This document shows positions 18,775 through 29,315 of a stretch of DNA of 64,000 bases, piece by piece. How positions within the stretch are numbered: the first letter of the stretch is position 1; each line of letters opens with the position of its first letter. Source of the DNA: Deltaproteobacteria bacterium GWB2_55_19. GTDB taxonomy: Bacteria > Desulfobacterota > GWC2-55-46. Under the pieces are notes generated by a model. It was not told the origin of the DNA. It was given only the letters and a program-made list of their open reading frames with translations, and did not search any database. The stretch spans positions 32,410-96,409 of the forward strand of contig MGPQ01000002.1 in assembly GCA_001797465.1 (NCBI GenBank). The letters are read 5' to 3'. Made by a program: the position numbers and the translations under genes.

Positions 18775-19848
18775 TCAGTCCAGGTGCTGTTCATAGATGT
18801 CATTGAAGTCCGCGGCTATTTTTCTGAACATGTCGAGCAGGGCCGGGTCGAAATGCGATGGAAGCGTCCTGCCGTCGCCATCGAGTATGATGCTTAAAAC
18901 CTCCTTGTGTGAGAGGGCCGGCTTGTAGGGGCGCCTGGACCTGAGGGCGTCGTACTGGTCGACGAGCATCACTATCCTGCCTTCAAGCGGCGCCTCGGCC
19001 CCTTTGAGGCCCCTCGGGTATCCTGTGCCGTCCCACCTCTCGTGGTGGGTAAGCGCGACTGATGCCGCTATCTGGATGTTCTCGTGCGGGGAGTCGATGA
19101 GCATCTTGTTGCCTATGGAGGTGTGGGTCTTCATCACCTCGAACTCCTCGGTGGTGAGCCTGCCGGGTTTAAGGAGTATGCTGTCCGGGATGCCGATCTT
19201 CCCGATGTCGTGCATTGGGGACGCGAATGTGATGTTCTCGACGAACTCCGCGCCCTTTCCGAGCGCCTCGGCGAGCCTCCCGGAGTATATCCCGATCCTT
19301 TTGATGTGCGCCCCGGTGTCGGTGTCCCTGTACTCGGCGACGGCGGTCATCCTGTGGACTATCTCCCTGGATATGGATTTTACCATGCTGAGGGCGTTGG
19401 CGAGCTCGTGCGTCCTCTTTTTCACGTCCTCCTCGAGCTTCAACTTGTAGTTCTTCTCTATCTGGAGGAGCCTCCCGTAGTTGACCGCCTTTTTTACGGC
19501 ATGGAGGAGGTACTCGGGCTTATAGGGCTTTATAATGAAGTCGAAGGCCCCCTGCTTTACGGCGTTTACCGCCATGTCGAGCTCCGCGTACGCGGTCATG
19601 AGTATTACCGGGACCTCCTTGTTCATGGAGTGTATCTTTTCGAGGAGGTCTATGCCGGACATCCCCGGCATCTTTACGTCGGTCAGGACCGCGTCGAACC
19701 TCCCGAGCGCGAACTTTTTTACCGCCTCAGCCGGGTCCGTAAACGGGGAGACCGAGAACCCGTATCCCGAAAGGAGGAGAGAAGTGCTGTCGAGGACGAA
19801 TGCGTTGTCGTCGACGACAAGTATGGCGCCCTCCTGTATCTCGTTCAT
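18775..19848 (-). CDS. Response regulator with HD-GYP phosphodiesterase domain (RpfG-like)
   Basis: N-terminal receiver (ILVVDDN...D), then an HD domain (HDIGKIGIP) and the [11 protein letters not shown] motif. Confidence 0.85.
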   Translation of the reverse strand: MNEIQEGAILVVDDNAFVLDSTSLLLSGYGFSVSPFTDPAEAVKKFALGRFDAVLTDVKMPGMSGIDLLEKIHSMNKEVPVILMTAYAELDMAVNAVKQGAFDFIIKPYKPEYLLHAVKKAVNYGRLLQIEKNYKLKLEEDVKKRTHELANALSMVKSISREIVHRMTAVAEYRDTDTGAHIKRIGIYSGRLAEALGKGAEFVENITFASPMHDIGKIGIPDSILLKPGRLTTEEFEVMKTHTSIGNKMLIDSPHENIQIAASVALTHHERWDGTGYPRGLKGAEAPLEGRIVMLVDQYDALRSRRPYKPALSHKEVLSIILDGDGRTLPSHFDPALLDMFRKIAADFNDIYEQHLD

Positions 19849-22800
19849 CTGTCTATCACCTCCCTGACTTTTTTGAGGAACTCGCTCGGCGAGACAGGCT
19901 TGGAGATGAAATCCCGCGAGCCCGCGAGCCCCTTGGACCTCACTAAATCCGAGGGATATCCGCTGGTGAAGATGACCTTCATATCCGGCTTTACTGACTT
20001 TATCATCTCATAGACCTCGTTCCCGGCCTTTCTCGGCATGACTATGTCGAGGATGAGGAGGTCGATTGAGTCCTTGTGCTCCATGAACTTCGAATAAGCG
20101 TCCTCGCCGTCGACCGCCGCGATGACCCTGTAGCCGAACTCCTGGAGGATGGTCTTTGCGATGTTCCTGACGTCCTCTTCGTCTTCGGCAAGGAGGACGG
20201 TCTCGGAGCCGCCCCGGACGAGGAACTTTTCAGGCTCGGCGTGCAGCAAGGCCTCTTCGGCGAGCGGAAGGTATATCCTGAAGGTCGTCCCCGCGCCGGG
20301 ATTGCTCGCGACGTCTATGAAGCCGTTATGCTGTTTCACTATGCCGTAGACCATCGAGAGCCCGAGCCCAGTGCCCTTGCCTACCCCCTTGGTCGTGAAA
20401 AACGGCTCGAAGACCTTCTTCAATATCTCTTCGGACATGCCCTCGCCGGTGTCCGAGAACACTATCACGGCGTGTCTGCCGGGCGAGCCGTAGCCGTGGG
20501 CGTCCACGAAGTCGCGCCCGATAACGGCGGCTTCGGTAGAGATGGCGATCCTCCCGCCCCCGGGCATCGCGTCTCTCGCGTTCGTAGCCAGGTTCATGAG
20601 GACATGCTCTATCTGGGTCGAGTCGGCCTTGACTACGAGCGGCTCGGCGCAGAGCGAGGCCGTAAGCTCTATGTCCTCGCCTATGAGCCGCTTGAATATC
20701 TTCTCTACGCGCCTTACGAGTTCGTTAATATCCGTGGGCTGGGGGTTCAATACCTGTTTTCTGCTGAAGGCGAGAAGCCCCTGTGTGAGGCTTGCCGCCT
20801 TCTCGGATAAGGTCAGTATGTGGTCCGAGTAGCTCCTGACGAGGTCGTCGTCACCCTTTTTCATCAGAAGGAGGTTCCCGTACCCGATGAGGGCCGTCAG
20901 GATGTTGTTGAAGTCGTGGGCGATGCCTCCGGCCAACTGGCCCACGGCTTCCATCTTCTGCGCCTGCCTGAACTGGTCCTCTATGTTTTTCCTCTCGGTT
21001 ATGTCCTCGACGATGCCGTCGAGGAAGACCTCGTTGTCCTGCGCCTTCCTGACGGCGGTGACGGAGGCCCAGAACCTCCTGCCCTTCCGGGTCTTAAGCT
21101 CCGCCTCCTCTCCCCTGACGAAACCGTCCCTGTCGAGCTTCTTCAAAAACTCCTCCCTGCCGGCCGGGTCACAGTAAAAGGAGCTCACTGTCATCTCCTG
21201 GAGTTCCTCTCTTGATGAGGCCTCGAACATCTCCGCGAGCGCGCGGTTGACCTCGATGAACCGGGCGTCATCACCCCATGTCGTCCTGAAGATGCCTACG
21301 GTCAGGTTATTGGCGAGATCCTCGTATTTGAGCTTCAACTCCCTGCGTGCCTCGTCGGCGGTCTTGGCCTTTCTCTCGGATTCGATAGATTCCATTGCGT
21401 AGGAGATGTCGGCCGCGAGGGCTTCGAGCAGAGCGACGTCCTCCTCGTTGAAAGAACCCTGGACCCCGGAGTAAAGGCTCATCGCGCCCATGGGTTTTCC
21501 GCCCCTCCAGAGCGGGATCGCGGCCAGGGACCCGAAGCGGCACTCAAGCGCCCTCTCCTTCCATTGGGCCATGTCGGGGTCATTGCCAATGTCGTTGCAG
21601 ACCACGGGCCTCCCCTCGCTGACCGCGGTCCCGGCCGGGCACCGGCCCGCAGGCTCCTCCGACACGCTTATGTCCATAGTAGACAGATATTCGGCGCACG
21701 CGCCGCTTGAGGCGACGGGCTTTACCGATTTTGTCCCATCATCGACGACCCCTATCCACGCGAAGAGGAACCCGCCCTCCTCTACCGCTATCCTGCACGC
21801 CTCCTCGCATAGCTTCTCAGTGTCGCGGACGCGCACTATCGCCTCGTTTATCCGGCTAAGCACCGCGTAGAGCCGGTTGAGCCTCTCGATCCTCTCCTCG
21901 GCGAGCTTTTTCTCCGTTATGTCCGAAAAGACCCCGTCGGTGTATTTGACGCCGTCCCTCTCGTACGCGGCGGTGGCCCTGTCGTTCACCCATATCCATC
22001 GCCCGTCCTTCGTCCGCATCCTGTAGACCTCGTCAAAGACCTTGTTCATGGAGAAGAAGTCGGAATAGGCCCTTCTGACCATTTCAATGTCGTCGGGGTG
22101 GACGCTTGAGAACCATATCCGCGGGTCGGCGTATATCTCCTCAGGGGTATAGCCCATTATTCCCATTACATTCGCGCTCGCGAATACGACTTGGCCGTCC
22201 TCGGCGGCCGTCCAGACGACGTCCGGTATGTTCGAGATAAGGGTCCTGTGCTTCTCCTCGCTCTCGCGGAGGAGGTCGGCCCGCGTCTTTATCTCCAGCG
22301 ACATCCTGTTGAAGGACTCCGAGAGAACGCCGATCTCGTCCCTTGTCTCTACGGGTACCAAAGCGCCGTAGCCGCCCTCGGCGATCCTGGAGGTGGCCGA
22401 GACGATGGTCACAAGCCGCCTTATGACCACCCTGTAAAGAAAGACGAAGAAGGCGCCTATGAGGGCCGCGGATATGAGCCCCCCGACGAGGGCGTCCCTA
22501 AACATCTCGTCTATGGGCGCGAGGACCTCGGCTGAGTCGGCCTCAGCCACGAGCGCCCACTGGAGCATGGGCAGGCACATCGACGCCCCGGCGACCTCGA
22601 CGCCCCTGTAATTGCCGTAGAATGCGGCGACCTCCTTCGCCCCCCGGAGGCACTCGTCTACCGGCAGTGTATTGACCTTTGTATTAAGGATAGAATCCTT
22701 CACAAAGGCCGACGCTGTTATCATGAGCCTGTCCCTGTTGACGATGTAGACCTCCATCGTCTCCCTCTTGCCCTTTGACCCGGGTATGCCCCCTAAGTCC

Positions 22801-23399
22801 CTGTTGAACTCGCCCTTAAGAAGCGCGGTAAGGCCAGAGAGGCGAACAAAGTTGACGAGGGCCCCGATAGTCCTGCCGCCCTTGTCCCTTTCAAGGATAG
22901 GCACGGCGATGATGATGATGCCGGACGCATCTCCGAGGTCATGCTCCGTAATAAACGGTCCCTTTGTCCCTGCCATAAAAAAAGGCTCAGTTGAGACATC
23001 CGTCCCGGCGTAATTCTGGTCAGTGGAAGCGACTATCCTCCCGTCGAGGGAGACGACCGCGATACGCGCGAGCGATGGGTCGAGGACGAGCTTCTCCCTG
23101 TCCATGTACTCGCCGAGCCTCCTCGACGCCCCCTTGTCCCCGGAGGCGAACCTCTTCATCTCGGCCCTTATATGGCCGTCGGTAGAAAAGTCCTGGGCCC
23201 GCCTCTTCGACATCTCGAGGTATTGATAGACCTGCCCCTCATAGGCCTCCGCGATGACGGTGAGGTCGTCGAGGACGCTCTTTTTCAGGTGCTCCTTGTT
23301 TTTATTGTAGCTGAATACGAATGTGATGAGTATGGGGAGGATTATGAGGATAAGGGCCAAAAGGGCCTTTGTAAGGAGTGAGGAGCCGGAAAATTTCAT
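19845..23399 (-). CDS. Multi-domain hybrid sensor histidine kinase (periplasmic sensor-HAMP-PAS-GAF-PAS-HisKA-HATPase-REC)
   Basis: 1184 aa. H-box [10 protein letters not shown]-boxes DTGEGM/GLGLSMV, C-terminal receiver ([10 protein letters not shown]...LDIVMP). A 4-nt overlap with the downstream HD-GYP gene. Confidence 0.85.
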   Translation of the reverse strand: MKFSGSSLLTKALLALILIILPILITFVFSYNKNKEHLKKSVLDDLTVIAEAYEGQVYQYLEMSKRRAQDFSTDGHIRAEMKRFASGDKGASRRLGEYMDREKLVLDPSLARIAVVSLDGRIVASTDQNYAGTDVSTEPFFMAGTKGPFITEHDLGDASGIIIIAVPILERDKGGRTIGALVNFVRLSGLTALLKGEFNRDLGGIPGSKGKRETMEVYIVNRDRLMITASAFVKDSILNTKVNTLPVDECLRGAKEVAAFYGNYRGVEVAGASMCLPMLQWALVAEADSAEVLAPIDEMFRDALVGGLISAALIGAFFVFLYRVVIRRLVTIVSATSRIAEGGYGALVPVETRDEIGVLSESFNRMSLEIKTRADLLRESEEKHRTLISNIPDVVWTAAEDGQVVFASANVMGIMGYTPEEIYADPRIWFSSVHPDDIEMVRRAYSDFFSMNKVFDEVYRMRTKDGRWIWVNDRATAAYERDGVKYTDGVFSDITEKKLAEERIERLNRLYAVLSRINEAIVRVRDTEKLCEEACRIAVEEGGFLFAWIGVVDDGTKSVKPVASSGACAEYLSTMDISVSEEPAGRCPAGTAVSEGRPVVCNDIGNDPDMAQWKERALECRFGSLAAIPLWRGGKPMGAMSLYSGVQGSFNEEDVALLEALAADISYAMESIESERKAKTADEARRELKLKYEDLANNLTVGIFRTTWGDDARFIEVNRALAEMFEASSREELQEMTVSSFYCDPAGREEFLKKLDRDGFVRGEEAELKTRKGRRFWASVTAVRKAQDNEVFLDGIVEDITERKNIEDQFRQAQKMEAVGQLAGGIAHDFNNILTALIGYGNLLLMKKGDDDLVRSYSDHILTLSEKAASLTQGLLAFSRKQVLNPQPTDINELVRRVEKIFKRLIGEDIELTASLCAEPLVVKADSTQIEHVLMNLATNARDAMPGGGRIAISTEAAVIGRDFVDAHGYGSPGRHAVIVFSDTGEGMSEEILKKVFEPFFTTKGVGKGTGLGLSMVYGIVKQHNGFIDVASNPGAGTTFRIYLPLAEEALLHAEPEKFLVRGGSETVLLAEDEEDVRNIAKTILQEFGYRVIAAVDGEDAYSKFMEHKDSIDLLILDIVMPRKAGNEVYEMIKSVKPDMKVIFTSGYPSDLVRSKGLAGSRDFISKPVSPSEFLKKVREVIDR

Positions 23400-23648
23400 A
23401 AACCCCTTTAGATATTATCACCCCGGACGAGCCCGTTATAAAGAACCGGGAGAGAGACGCCGTCCAGGGCATTCCCCGCAAGGGGTCTATTTTTAGTGTA
23501 ACCTGCCGTGCAGAGAGAAATCAAGGTAAATTGAGCAGTTATCCGGTTTCAAGGCCACGCGGCGGACTCATCCGCGCTCCGCGCCTTGTTGACTCATCGA
23601 CCATCCCGAGTATATCTTAAAGCCCTTTTTTTGAAAACCTTCCGCACC

Positions 23649-24986
23649 TCATAAGGCCTCGCCTTTATGACGGGCCCTTACAACAGAAGCGAACGACATG
23701 AGAAAGGATACCAGGAGCGGCCCCTGTATCCACCAGAAAGGGAGCTTGTATCTGTTTGCCGGATGGTCGGCGAGGACGCCGAGCGCGAGGTAATTAAGGA
23801 CGATGAATGAAGCTAAGAAAAGCCCAGCCGCAAACCCGGGCGAGCGCCTCTTGACAAGGAAAAATAGGATTAAAGACGCGGTAAAAAGGACCGTCAACGC
23901 GACGGAGACCGCCCTTTTGGCAAGGATATCGTTAATGGACTTGTTAACCCATAAGTACGCTTGAGCCAACGGCGCGGGCCTCCCTTCAAGGATATTGCCG
24001 AACGCCGCGTTCTCCCAGGGTTTAACCTCTATGAAGCCCTGGATGTTCCCCGCTAACGAGGCGGAAAACCCAACGGGGTCGGAGAATACCGCCTCTTGCG
24101 CGACCTCAAGGAACGCCGCCTCAATCGTCCCCATGCCGCACTTGGCCTCGCGGAGGATGTCATTCGTCGTAAAAGTATTCGGGCCTATGGGCTTCGGCGC
24201 ATAGAACCTGGCGGAGTTTTCAGCGACAAGGGCGTACCTTTCTTTCGTCTCATCGGACATGGCGCACTCAAAGCCGGTCATCAGCCTGTATGCCGCGACA
24301 AAGTTGGCGTACTCCGGGACATAGTCCGGGAGGTAGACCTTGAGGTACTCCCTGAACCCCTCTTTCACGTCCCTCTGAATGGGGCTCCCGTAATCGATAA
24401 AATCCGCGGTCCTTATGAGCATGGTGACGCCGAGTACGCCGACAGGCTCTCCCTTGCCGCCTGTGGCCCTTACGGCTAACTGCCCGGCGGCAAGGCTTAA
24501 GGCCAGATATATCCCGATGTAAATAGACGCCCCTTTAATAAGTGACGGCGCCGTGGTCCGAAGGAGCGCGGCTTTCGCAAGCCTCACCGAGAGGAACGCG
24601 AGCACGATCGCCGCGAAAAGGACGGACGTCGGCCTAATGGAGACCGCCGCGAAGCTCGCGAGGGCGAGAGGCGCCATAAGGGAGGCCCTCCATGTCTCAA
24701 AGTATTTGATGGCCAGCCAGAGGGAAACGAGGAGGAAAAAGTGGTTCAGGAAGTCCGAGAGTATCGCCCTTTCGTAGATAATCATCGCGGAGCTTACGGT
24801 TATCGCGAAGGCGAAGAAGGCGGGGACGAGCCTTCCCTTGAAAAGGCGCCTTAAGACCGCGTAGAAGATCGGATAGCTCAAGACCCCGAGCGCGTGCTGG
24901 ACCCAGACCGCGTTTTCGCGCGCCGCCCCCGTTATCCGGTAGACGAGGGCGAGGAATACGGGGTAGCCGAGCGGCCTTGTTGGCAT
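23649..24986 (-). CDS. GT-C fold glycosyltransferase (ArnT/PMT-like); N-terminus probably displaced by a frameshift (see finding)
   Basis: Polytopic membrane protein. The in-frame region upstream of the ATG (to 25244) encodes TM1 and a YPDTETYELF (ArnT-like PDE-TRY) motif but contains no start codon. Confidence 0.6.
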   Translation of the reverse strand: MPTRPLGYPVFLALVYRITGAARENAVWVQHALGVLSYPIFYAVLRRLFKGRLVPAFFAFAITVSSAMIIYERAILSDFLNHFFLLVSLWLAIKYFETWRASLMAPLALASFAAVSIRPTSVLFAAIVLAFLSVRLAKAALLRTTAPSLIKGASIYIGIYLALSLAAGQLAVRATGGKGEPVGVLGVTMLIRTADFIDYGSPIQRDVKEGFREYLKVYLPDYVPEYANFVAAYRLMTGFECAMSDETKERYALVAENSARFYAPKPIGPNTFTTNDILREAKCGMGTIEAAFLEVAQEAVFSDPVGFSASLAGNIQGFIEVKPWENAAFGNILEGRPAPLAQAYLWVNKSINDILAKRAVSVALTVLFTASLILFFLVKRRSPGFAAGLFLASFIVLNYLALGVLADHPANRYKLPFWWIQGPLLVSFLMSFASVVRARHKGEAL

Positions 24987-25195
24987 GGAATGCGCGAGCG
25001 CGTTAACGGATTCAAGCGCGAAGAGCTCATATGTCTCGGTGTCCGGGTAGCTTATGAGGTCGAGGTGAAAAGAAAGATAGACCCTTAAAAGAGCGGCGGC
25101 GGCGATGAAGAGTATGTGAACGTAGAGGACCCTGTCCTTCAGAAACGTCTCCCTGGACCGCCGGGAAAGCCCTCCCCCTGAGCGGCCATCCTTGT

Positions 25196-26602
25196 CTATA
25201 CCTTGAAGAACTGTTTTATCCTTGAGAGTATGGACTCCTGAAGCTCAGCGGGGCGTATCGGCTCCGCGGAGCGCTCCCTCGCCTCTTTTAGCTCCCCGGC
25301 CCTCCTGGACAAGAGCTCCGAGAGCCTCCCGGAGAGTTCCGGGTCCTCCCTGAAGATGGAGTGGAAGACACCGGAGTCTATCACTATGCAGACGGATTCC
25401 TCAGTCGCCCTTATCGTAGCGCTCCGTGGCTCTCCGGTCAGCAGGCTCATCTCACCGAAGAACCCGCCGGGCTCAAGCGTCGTAACGAGGAGGACCTCGC
25501 CGTTCTGCCCCTTCGAGCATACCTCGGCGCGGCCGCTACTCAGAAAATAACAGGTCGAGCCGGCCTCTCCTTCGGTCACTATCGCCTCGCCCCTTCCGAA
25601 GACCTCTATGCGAGCGCTCGCCTCCACGCGGTCGAGCTCGTCGTCGGTAAGCGCCCGGAGAAAATCGACAGCCTTAAGAGACCCCCTTATGCCGCCTCGA
25701 GAGCGCGCCCTGTCTTCCTTCTTCCGGAGTATGTTCATCGCCGGATACGGTATCTCTATGCCGCTCCTCCTGAAGGAGTACCATATCTTCGAATAGATAT
25801 CGCTCCGTACCGCATAGACCTTCCGGAAGTCATCTACCCAGGCCCTTAGCCTGTATCTTACCGACGCCTCCCCGTACCCGGTTATCCAGACCTCAGGCGC
25901 GGGGTCGGAGAGTACCGAGACTGTGGATAGGGCTATCTCGCTTAACGCGCCCCTTACCCTGTCTGGCGGGTCGTCGTATGAGGCGCCTATATCCACTTCT
26001 ATCACATGGAGCGGGGTCGGGTAGGTGTAGTTCTCGAGGACGCCGTCGGCCAAGAGCCTGTTCGGGAGATAAATGTAATCGTTCTCCCTCGTAAGGAGCC
26101 GGGTCGTCCTCCATGTGACCTCCATGACCTGGCCTTCCCTATCGGATACGCGGACCCAGTCGCCCTTCGCCACTATCCGCTCCATGTTTATCCATATCCC
26201 GGTAAAGAGGTTCTTTATGGTGTCTTGGAGCGAGAGGGCGACGATACCGGTAAGCACGGCGGATGTCGTAAGGATCGGGACGAGGTTTATCCCGAGGAGC
26301 CTGTTCAAGAGGAACATCGCTCCGGCGGAATATAAGACAAGCGAGACGATAGCGCGAAGGAGCGGCGTCACCGTGTGCCTGTGGAAGAGGCTCAAAGGCG
26401 CGTCGGCTATCAGCCACTTAAGGAGCGCGACAGAGCCTAAGGTCGCGGATAGGATAAAGACCTGCCTTAAGGGTTCTGCTCCGAACTCGCCATTGAAGGC
26501 GATATCCCCCGCCTTTGCCGCGCCCGCTATGGCGTAGAGGACGACCGCGAAGATGATCGGCGAAAAAAGATTTCTTTTATTATTCTGATGGGCCTTTATC
26601 AT
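25196..26602 (-). CDS. Mechanosensitive channel (MscS family) fused to a cyclic-nucleotide-binding domain
   Basis: N-terminal TM helices and an MscS beta-domain. C-terminal cNMP-binding fold (GEAIVTEGEAG...FFGEMSLLTGEPRSATIRA). Confidence 0.8.
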   Translation of the reverse strand: MIKAHQNNKRNLFSPIIFAVVLYAIAGAAKAGDIAFNGEFGAEPLRQVFILSATLGSVALLKWLIADAPLSLFHRHTVTPLLRAIVSLVLYSAGAMFLLNRLLGINLVPILTTSAVLTGIVALSLQDTIKNLFTGIWINMERIVAKGDWVRVSDREGQVMEVTWRTTRLLTRENDYIYLPNRLLADGVLENYTYPTPLHVIEVDIGASYDDPPDRVRGALSEIALSTVSVLSDPAPEVWITGYGEASVRYRLRAWVDDFRKVYAVRSDIYSKIWYSFRRSGIEIPYPAMNILRKKEDRARSRGGIRGSLKAVDFLRALTDDELDRVEASARIEVFGRGEAIVTEGEAGSTCYFLSSGRAEVCSKGQNGEVLLVTTLEPGGFFGEMSLLTGEPRSATIRATEESVCIVIDSGVFHSIFREDPELSGRLSELLSRRAGELKEARERSAEPIRPAELQESILSRIKQFFKV

Positions 26603-26652
26603 GAGTCCAGCACTATTAACACAAATAAACCAGTTTTTGAATGATTATCGAA

Positions 26653-26688
26653 AAAAAAGGCGGCTGAAAATCAGCCGCCTTTTTCCAT
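26653..26688. terminator. Bidirectional hairpin terminator
   Basis: aaaaaaaaggcggctgaaaatcagccgccttttt between convergent/divergent units. Confidence 0.6.
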
Positions 26689-26704
26689 CCATATCAAAAA
26701 ATTG

Positions 26705-27382
26705 TCACAGCAGTTGCGTCTTCATTATCACTTCCGCCCTCTCGGCGTCCGAGATGAAGGAGTCGCTTTCCGGATACAGTATGTGCTCCTCCTTCATGTT
26801 GTGGTCGGCGAGTACGTTCATGAGCGTAGTTCTGGCCTCTTTTACCGCGGGTGCGTTCCTGGAGGCGGTGTTGCTCTCGATTTTTTCGAGCAGTTCCTTT
26901 ATATCCTTGTGCTCCATCTTCATGACAAAGGTCGGGCCGGCGTCTATCATCCCGGTCTTCTCCTCGAAGAGCGGGAAGAGTATCTCCTCTTCCGCCTTTA
27001 TGTGGCGCGTAAGTCCGAGCCTGAACTCGCGGAAGTCCGATAACGCCTCGTCCCACTGCGCGCCGGATGAGGCGTCCTCGAACCTCTCGTATATGGCGTC
27101 GAGCCTCCTGTGGTCTGTCTGAAAGTAGTCGGTAACGGACCTCTTGGCGTCAGCCTCTTTACGTCTCGCTATCTCGACCCTCCACTTCTCAGGCCCCTGC
27201 TCGAGCGGCCACCACTCGTATTCGCCAGCGTGCTCGTTCTGGAACTGGTAGAGGAGCGGCCTCGGCTCGTGGTCGTTAACAAGCACGAACGATTCACCGG
27301 GCGCAAGCCCCTTGAAGGTATTGAATATCATCGGGTGCCTCTCCTTCGGGGCCATCTCCCTCACATCGAGTATCTTATGCAT
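26705..27382 (-). CDS. DUF2249 - hemerythrin-like (HHE cation-binding) two-domain protein
   Basis: N-terminal DUF2249-like segment (LDVREMAPKERHPMIFNTF...WRVEI). C-terminal His/Glu-rich hemerythrin-type motifs (HIKAEEEILFP, HKDIKELL, HNMKEEHILYP). Confidence 0.65.
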   Translation of the reverse strand: MHKILDVREMAPKERHPMIFNTFKGLAPGESFVLVNDHEPRPLLYQFQNEHAGEYEWWPLEQGPEKWRVEIARRKEADAKRSVTDYFQTDHRRLDAIYERFEDASSGAQWDEALSDFREFRLGLTRHIKAEEEILFPLFEEKTGMIDAGPTFVMKMEHKDIKELLEKIESNTASRNAPAVKEARTTLMNVLADHNMKEEHILYPESDSFISDAERAEVIMKTQLL

Positions 27383-27530
27383 TCAGCGTCCCTCCCTAAA
27401 ATTTTATGCGTTTTTCCGTCGACAATCCCTTACCCTGTTATTTTGCGCAATCCCGCCCCAAATGAACATGACAAAAATCAACAGAGGGGGAGACTCCCTC
27501 TCATGTCCGTCCGGGACGTTCCTATCAGGT

Positions 27531-27992
27531 TTAAAGGGGCTGTTGCGGTGTGGCGGGCCGGGCCGTAAGGCTTAATATCCGCCTGACGGAATCGAGGAAG
27601 TCTTTTTTGGTGAACGGCTTTTTAAGGACACTGGCGTTCTTGCAGAAAAAATGCAGCGTCTCACCCTCGCCGAAGAGGTCGCCGGTGATGAAGAGGAACT
27701 TGTCTTTGAGCTCCGGCCGCCCGCCGGTCGCCTTCCGGCAAAAATCTATGCCGTCGAGCTTGGGCATATTTATGTCGAGGACTATGAGGTCGTAACTGGC
27801 CGTATCTATCCTCGCCAGCGCGGCAAAGCCGTCAGGGGCGGTATCTACCTGGTAGCCGTCGCTCAAGAGGATCTCGGAACAGACTTCCCTCACGAGCTGT
27901 TCGTCGTCGACGAGTAGTATCCTTTTGGATGTCGCTGTCACGCGGGCCGGTCCTTTGGTCAGGAGTCTACGGCTTATAAAATAACACTCCAT
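27531..27992 (-). CDS. Single-domain response regulator receiver protein
   Basis: ILLVDDEQLV...DLIVLDINMPKLDG...K; no output domain. Confidence 0.75.
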   Translation of the reverse strand: MECYFISRRLLTKGPARVTATSKRILLVDDEQLVREVCSEILLSDGYQVDTAPDGFAALARIDTASYDLIVLDINMPKLDGIDFCRKATGGRPELKDKFLFITGDLFGEGETLHFFCKNASVLKKPFTKKDFLDSVRRILSLTARPATPQQPL

Positions 27993-28138
27993 CCGTCCTT
28001 TTACAATAAATTAAAATCTCCGGGGGCGCCGACATGCCGCTTAAAACCCCGGAAGCGCGGACCGTGGAGTACATTACCCGTACGCCGGAGCCCGGGGCTT
28101 TGACGCCGACGGAGCGGATGGACTTTTGGATGCGCCCG

Positions 28139-28480
28139 CTAAAACGAGACCGCGAACGCCGTAAGCCGCTCCAAAGCCCTTATGCCCCTCGTCTCGTCCT
28201 TTTCGACAAAGACCATCGTCCCGGCCTTGACCTCGACCTCTTTGCCCTCGACGGTCATCACGCCGCAGCCGCTGATAAAATAGAATACGCCCCTGCCGCT
28301 GACGTGCGGCTTGATCTCCTGGCCCGGCTCCATGCAGATGAGCGGGACCTTGTAATCGGGCTTTATGCGCAGTATCCTCGGCGCGAACTCCGCGGCGAAA
28401 CCGATCCTGTCGTTTACGTCGATTACTTCCATAATTGGGGCCTCCTTGAATTCCGTGACCGGAAGGTACTTCTCTATCAC
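28139..28480 (-). CDS. Cupin domain protein
   Basis: 113 aa. Two-motif cupin signature (HVSGRGVFYFISG...G, VFVEKDETRG). Confidence 0.65.
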   Translation of the reverse strand: MIEKYLPVTEFKEAPIMEVIDVNDRIGFAAEFAPRILRIKPDYKVPLICMEPGQEIKPHVSGRGVFYFISGCGVMTVEGKEVEVKAGTMVFVEKDETRGIRALERLTAFAVSF

Positions 28481-28594
28481 AATAACGGGCGGGTTCCAAC
28501 AGAAAATTACCGTTGTGCCTAAGGCGGGGGGCGCGCCGCGTTTTATAACCCTTCGTTAAACCATTGACTAAGCGCCCATAAAAAGGATAGAATT

Positions 28595-29308
28595 TTGCTT
28601 ATGTTTTTGAGGACACTCGCCCTCTGGGCGCTGGGACTGCCATTAACCGCCTTTATCTTCCTCGCCATAATGGCCACGTTTGTATTTGACAGGAACGGGC
28701 GCGCGATCCACTCGCTCGTCGCGCTCTGGGCGAGGCTCATACTCCTCATCTCAGGCGTGAGCGTCAGTGTCGAGGGCATGGAAAATATCCCCACAGGCAC
28801 TCCCGTCGTGTTCCTCTCCAACCACCAGGGTGCCTTCGACATACCGGTCCTGCAGGGCTTCATCCCGGTGCAGTTCAGGTGGGTCGCGAAAAAGAGCCTC
28901 TTCAACGTCCCCCTCATCGGCTGGTCGATGCGCTTCGCCGGATACATAGCGATAGACAGGGACAACGCGGCCGAGGCGTTAAAGTCCATGGAGGCGGCGG
29001 CCTCCCGGATCAGAAACGGGACCTCTGTCCTCATCTTCCCCGAGGGGACGAGGTCGGATACCGGAAAACTGCTCCCGTTTAAAAGGGGCGGCTTCATGCT
29101 CGCGGCCAAGAGCGGGGCGCCCATAGTGCCCGTCGCGGTGAGCGGGACTAACGTCATAATGACGCGGGGCGGGTTATCTATCCGGCCCGCCTCGGTAAGG
29201 GTCAGCTTCGGGCACCCGATTGAGACCAGCGGCGCGGAGGACAAGTATCTGAGAAACAGGACAAAAGAGGCCATAGAGGCCCTTTTCACAAAGATAAAGG
29301 GGGGTTAA
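28595..29308 (+). CDS. plsC: 1-acyl-sn-glycerol-3-phosphate acyltransferase
   Basis: HxxxxD motif (SNHQGAFD), FPEGTRS motif, N-terminal TM anchor. Confidence 0.85.
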   Translation: MLMFLRTLALWALGLPLTAFIFLAIMATFVFDRNGRAIHSLVALWARLILLISGVSVSVEGMENIPTGTPVVFLSNHQGAFDIPVLQGFIPVQFRWVAKKSLFNVPLIGWSMRFAGYIAIDRDNAAEALKSMEAAASRIRNGTSVLIFPEGTRSDTGKLLPFKRGGFMLAAKSGAPIVPVAVSGTNVIMTRGGLSIRPASVRVSFGHPIETSGAEDKYLRNRTKEAIEALFTKIKGG

Positions 29309-29315
29309 CGCGGGA

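Noticed and set aside
19084-20013. 309-aa plus-strand ORF overlapping the HD-GYP gene and hybrid kinase
   Set aside because: Antisense to two genes with unambiguous domain signatures; low-complexity Gly/Val/Glu-rich translation.
28034-28522. 162-aa plus-strand ORF overlapping the cupin gene
   Set aside because: The cupin motifs on the minus strand are convincing; the plus frame has no features.
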